DNA from: an uncultured Candidatus Rokubacteria bacterium
Lineage (GTDB): Bacteria > Methylomirabilota > Methylomirabilia > Rokubacteriales > DASRDR01
Direction of reading: 5' to 3'
Assembly (NCBI GenBank): GCA_963812945.1
Contig: CAWEXD010000008.1
Span: 376,586 to 440,585, forward strand
DNA length: 64,000 nt
Shown: positions 61,080 to 64,000 of the stretch, piece after piece
Layout of the letters: each line of letters starts with the position of its first letter
How positions within the stretch are numbered: position 1 is the stretch's first letter
Notes under the pieces: generated by a model
What the model saw: only the letters and a program-made list of their open reading frames with translations
What the model was told of the DNA's origin: nothing
Databases searched by the model: none
Position numbers and translations under genes: made by a program

Positions 61080-61682
61080 CTAGCCGGCCGCCTCGGTTCC
61101 GAGGATCGCCAGGAAGTGCTTGACGATCTCGGGGTCGAGCTGGGAGCCCGCGCCCTCCTGGAGTCGTCGCGTGGCCTCCTCGGGGGAGAGCGCGCGGCGG
61201 TACGGGCGATGGTGTGTCATCGCCTCGTAGGTCTCGGCGACCAGGATGATCCGGGAGAACAGCGGAATCTCGTCGCCGCGGAGGCCCTCGGGGTAGCCGC
61301 TGCCGTCGAACCGCTCGTGGTGGTGGCGGACGGCCCGGGCGATCTCGGCCAGCGCCGGTTCGGCCCCGAACACCGCGGCTCCACGCACCGGGTGGACCCG
61401 CACCTCCTCCATCTCGTCCTCGGCGAGCACCGAGGGCTTGCGGAGGATGTACTCGGGCGTCGACAGGTAGCCTACGTCGTGGAACGCGGCCGCGACGAAC
61501 AGCATGAGGTGCTCGCGCGGGGGCATTCCCATGGAATCGGCGATCCGCTCGCAGTAGGCTGCGACCCGGGACGAGTGTCCCGCCATGTAGGGGTCGGACG
61601 CGTGGGTGGCGTCGGCCAGGGCGCGCACGACGTGGAACAGGAGCTGCTCGCTCTCGCGATCGAGATCTCCGCGCTGCGCCAC
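61080..61682 (-). CDS. HD-GYP domain phosphodiesterase-like protein (stand-alone)
   Basis: AFHDVGY, HPVRGA and HHHERFDGSGYPEGL. GTG 61682 was chosen because upstream of it the ORF is Arg/Pro-rich and non-coding-looking. Confidence 0.75.
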   Translation of the reverse strand: MAQRGDLDRESEQLLFHVVRALADATHASDPYMAGHSSRVAAYCERIADSMGMPPREHLMLFVAAAFHDVGYLSTPEYILRKPSVLAEDEMEEVRVHPVRGAAVFGAEPALAEIARAVRHHHERFDGSGYPEGLRGDEIPLFSRIILVAETYEAMTHHRPYRRALSPEEATRRLQEGAGSQLDPEIVKHFLAILGTEAAG

Positions 61683-61835
61683 GCTCGCTCCCTTCGTCGC
61701 TGCCGTCGCTGGGCGCTCATCGCGCCGGACGCATTTGCAGGGCTTGGCGGACACTCTAGCCCTGACCCACGACCAGACGCAAGGGAATCCCAGGGCTCCG
61801 GCGCGACGCCTGGCCAGAACGCGAGCGGGGGCCCC

Positions 61836-61841
61836 TATAAT
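61836..61841 (+). promoter_or_regulatory. Perfect TATAAT 8 nt upstream of GTG 61850 (leaderless-type promoter candidate)
   Basis: ccTATAATaccgggctGTG, with no Shine-Dalgarno. Confidence 0.45.
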
Positions 61842-61849
61842 ACCGGGCT

Positions 61850-62227
61850 GTGAGCGACCCCATTCCGGCCTGGGCGTGGGTTCTGATCGAGGACTTCGTG
61901 GACCGGTCCCTCGAGGGGCGCGGCCTGCCCCATCCAACGGCGCGGGACACGCTGGCCGAGGTGGCGCGCCTGTGGCCGGACCTCTCGTGCACGATCCTGG
62001 TGCAGGAGCCGTGGCAGGGGACGGTCCGATTCAAGCGGCTCCTTCGTCTCCGCGGCGACGAGATGCGGCCGTTCCTGGACGCGCCGGACGCGTTCATCCG
62101 GGAGCGGTTCGGCGGCGGGAAGTTCAAGCTGAACATCCATCACGGAATGCACTTCGTGAACACCAAGAACTTCAAGCCCGAGGGTCCGCCCCGCTGGCGC
62201 GAGGTTCCGGAGCTCGTGGAGGAGTGA
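61850..62227 (+). CDS. Hypothetical protein (125 aa)
   Basis: Balanced, non-repetitive composition (…FGGGKFKLNIHHGMHFVNTKNFKPEG…). No family recognised. Confidence 0.55.
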   Translation: MSDPIPAWAWVLIEDFVDRSLEGRGLPHPTARDTLAEVARLWPDLSCTILVQEPWQGTVRFKRLLRLRGDEMRPFLDAPDAFIRERFGGGKFKLNIHHGMHFVNTKNFKPEGPPRWREVPELVEE

Positions 62228-62228
62228 C

Positions 62229-62708
62229 ATGGCCGAGGGCTTGACGCGCCCCCCGGACGCGCGGGGCGGCCCACCGTTCCCTCGCGCGGCGCCGCCTGAG
62301 CGGAAGGGTGCCCTGAGTCGCGACCGGCTGCTGCGGCCCCGGTGGCTGGTCTGGCTGGTCGTTGCCTGGGGTGTCGCGATCGCCGCGGCGCCGCGGCCCG
62401 GCGAGGGAGCGCCGCTTCCGCCCGCGCGCGCGGAGGGCGCGTCCGGCGAGCTGGAGCGGGCTCGGACCGCCCTGGAGCATCGCCGCGTTCAGGCCGAGCT
62501 CGAGGCCCTCGGCGTGTCGGAGTCGGAGGCGGCCGAGCTCTGGGGGCGCCTGACTCCGGCCGAGCGGGCGGAGCTCGCGGCCCGGGTCGACGAGCTCCGC
62601 ACCGGCGGGAACCCCCTGGCGGCGGGCGTGGCGATCGCCATCATCGTGGCCATGGCCCTGATCCTGGCCCTCGAGCTGATCGGGCGTCGCGTCATCTCGC
62701 GGCCGTGA
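62229..62708 (+). CDS. Small membrane-anchored protein, possibly PA2779-family
   Basis: VQAELEALGVSESEAAELWGRLTPAERAELAARVDELRTGGN followed by a C-terminal TM (AAGVAIAIIVAMALILALELI). The family call is a pattern recalled from memory, not verified. Confidence 0.5.
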   Translation: MAEGLTRPPDARGGPPFPRAAPPERKGALSRDRLLRPRWLVWLVVAWGVAIAAAPRPGEGAPLPPARAEGASGELERARTALEHRRVQAELEALGVSESEAAELWGRLTPAERAELAARVDELRTGGNPLAAGVAIAIIVAMALILALELIGRRVISRP

Positions 62709-63532
62709 CCGTCCGGCGCGACGCGAGCGGCGCCCTGGTGGCCGTGCCGGCCCGGCCCGCGCGCATCGTGTCCCTCGTGCCGAGCATCACGGAGCTCCTG
62801 TTCACGCTGGGGCTCGAGGGTCGGGTCGCCGGCGTCACGATCTTCTGTAGCGAGCCTCGAGATCAGGTCGCCCGGACCCCGAAGGTGGGCCGAGAGAAGG
62901 ACCCGGATCCCTCCCGCATCCGCGCGCTCCAGCCCGACCTCGTCGTCGCCAACATGGAGGAGAACCGACGCGACGTGATCGAGGCCCTTCGGGCGGAGGG
63001 GGTGACCGTGTGGGTCACCTTCCCACGGACGGTGGCGGAGGGAATCGAGCTGATCCGGGAGCTCGGCACGCTGACCGCGACGGACGACGCGGCGGCCGCG
63101 CTGGCCCGGCCACTGGAGACCGCTCGCGCCAGGACTCTCGCGCGAACGGCCGAGCGGCCGCGGACCCGCGTCTTCTGTCCGATCTGGCGTGGACCCTACA
63201 TGACGGTCAACCGGGACACGTACGTCAACGACGTGCTGGAGACTTGCGGAGGCGACAACGTGTTTGCCGCCAGCTCCGCCCGATATCCGACGGTCACCCT
63301 GGAGGAGGTGCGCGCGGCCGCGCCCGACGTGATCCTGCTGCCGGACGAGCCATACCGATTCCGGGACCCGCACCGCGCGGACTTCGCCGCTCTGACGGAC
63401 ATCCCGGCCATCCGGTCGGGCCGGGTCCACCTCGTCGACGGCAAGCTGCTCAGCTGGTACGGACCCCGGATCGGCGAGGCGCTCGACCGCCTCCCGGACC
63501 TCCTCGCCGGCGGCGCAGGGCCCCCCGCCTGA
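62705..63532 (+). CDS. BtuF-like (cluster A-2, helical-backbone) periplasmic-binding-fold protein
   Basis: The GTG overlaps the upstream stop (GTGA). RIVSLVPSITELLFTLGL, LQPDLVVAN and PDVILLPDEPY. No obvious signal peptide. Confidence 0.75.
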   Translation: MTVRRDASGALVAVPARPARIVSLVPSITELLFTLGLEGRVAGVTIFCSEPRDQVARTPKVGREKDPDPSRIRALQPDLVVANMEENRRDVIEALRAEGVTVWVTFPRTVAEGIELIRELGTLTATDDAAAALARPLETARARTLARTAERPRTRVFCPIWRGPYMTVNRDTYVNDVLETCGGDNVFAASSARYPTVTLEEVRAAAPDVILLPDEPYRFRDPHRADFAALTDIPAIRSGRVHLVDGKLLSWYGPRIGEALDRLPDLLAGGAGPPA

Positions 63533-64000
63533 GAGGGCGAGGCGCGCGGTCTCGTCGCGGCCGGGCCTCGAGCAGGAGCTCGACCTCGACCGGCATGCCT
63601 CCGGCGAGCCCCTGCGCTGGCCGCAGCCAGATCGCGGGAGGCGCGCCGGCCGGCAGCACGCGCGACAGGAGTCGGAGGCTCTCCTCGAGGAGGGCCGGAT
63701 CGAGACCGTCAGGCGTCGTGGTCGCGACGAAGGCGGTCAGAACGACGCAGCGGTACCACGTGAGCGGCCCGACGGTCGCGCAGGCGGAGGCCAGTGCGTT
63801 CTGGGTCGCCAGGCGGAGCGCCCTTCGGGTGTCTCCGAGCGACACCGACTGGCCGACTCGGCCCACATACGCCAGCCGACCCCGGCGCTCGGGATCGTGC
63901 CCGGAGACGAAGAGCCGCGCGCCCGCGCGAAGGGCCTGGACGTACTGGTCACGCGGAGGCGTGGGAGCGATGCCGGCAAGCGGGTCTCTTGCTGGCCGGT
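63450..64000 (-). CDS. RidA/YjgF-family protein, 5' end outside the window
   Basis: The frame is open to the window edge: ...ARLFVSGH...RLAYVGRVGQS...VVLTAFVAT...GMPVEVELLLEA. A 45-aa Arg-rich tail overlaps the convergent BtuF-like gene by 83 nt. Confidence 0.6.
   Translation of the reverse strand, partial: RPARDPLAGIAPTPPRDQYVQALRAGARLFVSGHDPERRGRLAYVGRVGQSVSLGDTRRALRLATQNALASACATVGPLTWYRCVVLTAFVATTTPDGLDPALLEESLRLLSRVLPAGAPPAIWLRPAQGLAGGMPVEVELLLEARPRRDRAPRPLRRGALRRRRGGPGGGRAPRRSGVRTS

Overview
High-GC bacterial chromosomal segment, roughly 70% G+C by eye (not computed). It is gene dense, with about 58 credible protein genes. I saw no rRNA, tRNA, CRISPR array, transposase, integrase or phage gene. 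Many long ORFs in the track are antisense or mirror artefacts of the GC content and were discarded. Gene content (orphan TRAP and COG2984-type solute-binding proteins, LLM/F420-type oxidoreductase, acyl-CoA metabolism) suggests a soil or sediment bacterium; I cannot assign a phylum. Main blocks: (1) 1-11901, minus strand: a putative four-gene signalling operon. It has a 2,909-aa hybrid histidine kinase with ten tandem GAF domains, encoded by a phase-locked ~537-bp repeat. Next come a receiver-class III cyclase with two non-canonical catalytic residues and an uncharacterised DUF2868 membrane protein / DUF3482-type GTPase pair. This is my best candidate for an undescribed system. (2) 12-15 kb: orphan Tat-signal TRAP binding protein, a frameshifted and truncated dienelactone-hydrolase remnant, and a PQQ sugar dehydrogenase. 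(3) 15-25 kb: dispersed purine genes (purN, purH, purD, purE, purK) interleaved with a MerR-TPR protein, tsaC, thiI and a DMT transporter. (4) 27-38 kb: acyl-CoA metabolism, including a split B12 acyl-CoA mutase whose substrate-pocket residues (Ile/Asp/Gln) fit 2-hydroxyisobutyryl-CoA mutase rather than methylmalonyl-CoA mutase. A PaaK-type CoA ligase sits between its subunits. (5) 39-49 kb: HtrA protease, MFS transporter, an M16 peptidase pair split by an LLM oxidoreductase, a thioredoxin-like protein, an acyl-CoA synthetase with an in-frame TAG, and a Tim44-like protein. (6) 49-55 kb: degenerate receiver-Fis protein, citrate synthase, dapF, class V aminotransferase, and an APH-type kinase next to an ACAD10/11-type dehydrogenase. 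(7) 55.6-61.7 kb: cyclic-nucleotide module (MscS channel with cNMP-binding domain plus HAMP adenylate cyclase), two LysM lipoproteins and an HD-GYP protein. (8) 61.8-64 kb: small hypothetical proteins, a BtuF-like binding protein and a partial RidA. Six genes have a TAnnnT -10-like hexamer 6-9 nt upstream of the start codon and no Shine-Dalgarno sequence, which suggests leaderless transcripts.
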